A stretch of DNA of 9,563 nucleotides from Octopus sinensis (Eukaryota). The translations under genes were made by a program, and so were the position numbers. The notes beneath the pieces are model-generated. The model was not told the origin of the DNA, did not search any database, and saw only the letters and a program-made list of their open reading frames with translations. This document shows, in pieces, positions 7,513 to 9,563 of this stretch; the first letter of the stretch is position 1, and each line of letters opens with the position of its first letter. The stretch is from the NCBI RefSeq assembly GCF_006345805.1, contig NW_021827349.1, positions 1 to 9,563 on the forward strand. The letters are read 5' to 3'.

Positions 7513-7942
7513 GGCGATGGCAGCGATGATGGTGGTGGTGGTGGTGGTGGTGGTGGTGGTGGTGGCGGCGATGGAAGACGTGACGTATGTAGTGGTGGTG
7601 GTGTTGGCGGTGGTAATAGTTCTGCAACGGCCGTAGTAGTGGTGGAGGCGGCGGCGGCGGCAGCGACAATGATAGCGGCGTGACGACGACGGCGTTATAC
7701 TTATGCTAGAAGGCGGCGGCGGCGGCGGCGATGGTGGTGGTGGTGGCGGCGGCGGTAGTTCCCTATGCTTATATGATGGTGGCGATGGTGATATTTGTGC
7801 TAGCAGTGGTGGTGGTGGTGGTGGTGGTGGTAGTTCCCTTATGTTTATGATGGTGGCGATGGTGATATTTGCGCTAGCAGTGGCGGAGGCGGCGGCAGCG
7901 ACAATGATGGTGGCGTGACGACGGCGTTGCCTTATGCTAGAA

Positions 7943-7974
<32 letters not shown>

Positions 7975-8208
7975 TGGTGGCGGTGGCGGCGGTAGTTCCC
8001 TATGCTTATATGATGGTGGCGATGGTGATTTTAGCGCTAGCGGTGGTGGTGGTGGCGGCGGCAGTGGTGATAGTTACGATAGTTGTAGTAGTAATAGTAG
8101 TGGCGGTGGCGGTGGTGGCGGTAGCGTCGGCAGGCGCAGCAACAGTTAGTAGTAGTAATAGCAGTAGTAATAGTCGTGGTAGTGGTAGTGGAGTAGTAGT
8201 AGTAGTAG
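7513..8208. repeat. (GGT/GGC/AGT)n low-complexity block containing a ~230-bp tandem duplication
   Basis: Unique spacers recur: GCGACAATGAT at 7663 and 7898; CTTATGCTAGAAGGCGG at 7700 and 7931; GGTAGTTCCCT...TATGATGGTGGCGATGGTGAT at 7754, 7829 and 7991. Confidence 0.9.
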
Positions 8209-8397
8209 CATGAGCAATGGTAGGAGCTGGCAGTTGGTCGTCTTTGCCAGAGTAAAGAGCTCCCCAGAAAGCAGCCAGTATCAAGCACCACTCTGCTGAA
8301 AAGACGACGGTTGTAGCTTTAGTGGAAGCGACCAGTGATATGGAGCTGGGATTTACCAGGGTAGAAGGAAACTCAATAAAAAGGTAACCGTTTCCCT

Positions 8398-8418
8398 TCT
8401 TGTTGTTGTTGTTATTGC

Positions 8419-8450
<32 letters not shown>
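8398..8450. repeat. (TTG)n microsatellite
   Basis: About 17 TTG-type units with minor interruptions. Confidence 0.9.
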
Positions 8451-8451
<1 letters not shown>

Positions 8452-8470
8452 AAGCCCTCACAGTCCTGTT

Positions 8471-8532
8471 GATGGTGGTGGTGGCGGCGGTGGTGGTGGT
8501 GGTGGTGGTGGTGGTAGAGGTGTTGGCGGTGG
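8471..8532. repeat. (GGT)n microsatellite
   Basis: Seen directly. Confidence 0.9.
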
Positions 8533-8564
8533 ATTAAGTATAAGCTGTCTTCATCGATATAGTC

Positions 8565-8612
8565 TTGTTCTTCTTCTTCTTGTTGTTATTCTTGTTCTTC
8601 TTCTTCTTGTTG
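8565..8612. repeat. (TTC/TTG)n simple repeat
   Basis: Seen directly. Confidence 0.8.
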
Positions 8613-8699
8613 GTGTTCTCCTCTCTATCAATTCAATCAGGTCAACTTTATCGACCATTCCTGGAGACTTTCTTGTTTATTTTCTCAAACGCCAACCGA

Positions 8700-8730
8700 C
8701 ATCATCATCACCATCATCACCATCACCATC

Positions 8731-8761
<31 letters not shown>

Positions 8762-8763
8762 CT

Positions 8764-8796
<33 letters not shown>

Positions 8797-8843
8797 TCCG
8801 CCACGGCCACCATCACAACTATCACCACCACCACCACCACCAT
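8700..8843. repeat. (CAT/CAC)n trinucleotide repeat
   Basis: Long imperfect CAT/CAC array; it explains the poly-His and poly-Met ORFs in the track. Confidence 0.9.
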
Positions 8844-8926
8844 TCCTACCACAAATGTTTGTATGAAGTCATTCATGTTTTTGTTTTTCTTTTCTAAAAA
8901 AAAAATCTAAGTTTTTGACAGGAAAT

Positions 8927-8975
8927 CTCTCTTCTCTCTCTCTCTCTGCTTCTGTCTGTCTCTCTCTCTCTGTCT
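8927..8975. repeat. (CT)n-rich simple repeat
   Basis: Seen directly. Confidence 0.8.
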
Positions 8976-9149
8976 CACCTACTTCAAGCTTTTTATATAT
9001 AAATGGTGAACCTTAAACCTTAAATCTAAGAGGTTGGTTGGTATGGTGGGTGGGAGGGTTGCAGCTTAGATAAGTCTGGCGCTGTGTAACTATTTATTCT
9101 TACCTCTAGATATAGGAAGGATATGCTGTGTTTGGTACTCAAGAAGAAG

Positions 9150-9195
9150 GAGCCGCTATGTGGTCGCTCGAAATTCTAGAAATAACAGCTCAAAT
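9150..9195 (+). repeat. Diverged interspersed-repeat fragment carrying a TCGACC..CTAGAAA.A.CAGCCAAA-like motif
   Basis: GGTCGCTCGAAATTCTAGAAATAACAGCTCAAAT resembles the motif in the MITE arm (5817-5845) and the inverted copy at 9455-9491. Boundaries uncertain. Confidence 0.45.
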
Positions 9196-9434
9196 ATTTC
9201 CAAATAACAATTCTACATAGAGTCGCGTAACCAAAACAAAACCCCCCAAAAAAGGTAAAGAAAAGAAAAAACAAAACGTTAATGTACACAATAGATCGGA
9301 TGGTCACTTCTGGAACGGTTTGGATATGTCGACTCAATCCGATTCGACCTATAAACATAAACATCATCAGTGACTAGTAAACTGTTGTAGTTTAGCCCTG
9401 GTGGTCCCTGACTGGGGTAACCCCAGTTTTTAAA

Positions 9435-9491
9435 GATGGTAAGGTGTGGAATTTGAGGGCAGTTTGGTTGTTAGTCTTAGCAGGTCGAGCG
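9435..9491 (-). repeat. Diverged interspersed-repeat fragment, same motif family, inverted
   Basis: The reverse complement reads CGCTCGACCTGCTAAGACTAACAACCAAACTGCCCTCAAATTCCACACCTTACCATC. Boundaries uncertain. Confidence 0.45.
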
Positions 9492-9563
9492 CCCGAAGTC
9501 GCACACGGTATATTAAATATATATATATATATATGTGTTCCCTGTAAAACCCCAGAGTGGATA

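Noticed and set aside
8565-8897. Poly-His ORF (110 aa) and antisense poly-Met ORF
   Set aside because: Product of the (CAT/CAC)n array. The flanking peptide is Phe/Leu-rich low complexity, there is a non-ATG start, and there is no good donor site.
9294-9353. Protein-like short frame IGWSLLERFGYVDSIRFDL* (+) and a possible minus-strand acceptor near 9350
   Set aside because: The + strand AG is preceded by an A-rich tract rather than a pyrimidine tract, and the minus-strand candidate lacks a credible donor.
1-9563. CRISPR array, prokaryotic operon or autonomous transposase/RT ORF
   Set aside because: No regularly spaced repeat-spacer array and no long non-repetitive ORF. The sequence has eukaryotic intron character.

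Overview
AT-rich, repeat-dense animal genomic DNA. The SINE and repeat content resembles octopus (coleoid cephalopod); this is recognition from memory, not a database hit. The window looks mostly intronic. The only well-supported coding feature is a 132-nt internal exon on the + strand (1579-1710, phase 0/0, 44 aa) whose product I cannot name. The rest contains: (i) five copies or fragments of one tRNA-derived SINE family; (ii) a non-autonomous Helitron with all canonical terminal hallmarks (3333-3735, minus strand); (iii) four long foldback/MITE-like palindromes (about 2291-2552, 2742-3312, 5577-5769 and 5782-5993), of which the first two are diverged members of one family; (iv) many microsatellites and a GGT/GGC-rich block with a ~230-bp tandem duplication. 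The ORFs in the supplied track are mostly repeat read-throughs, and I accept none as a gene. I found no convincing novel protein-coding system. The most interesting signal is structural: a dense cluster of intronic hairpin elements downstream of an unidentified exon.
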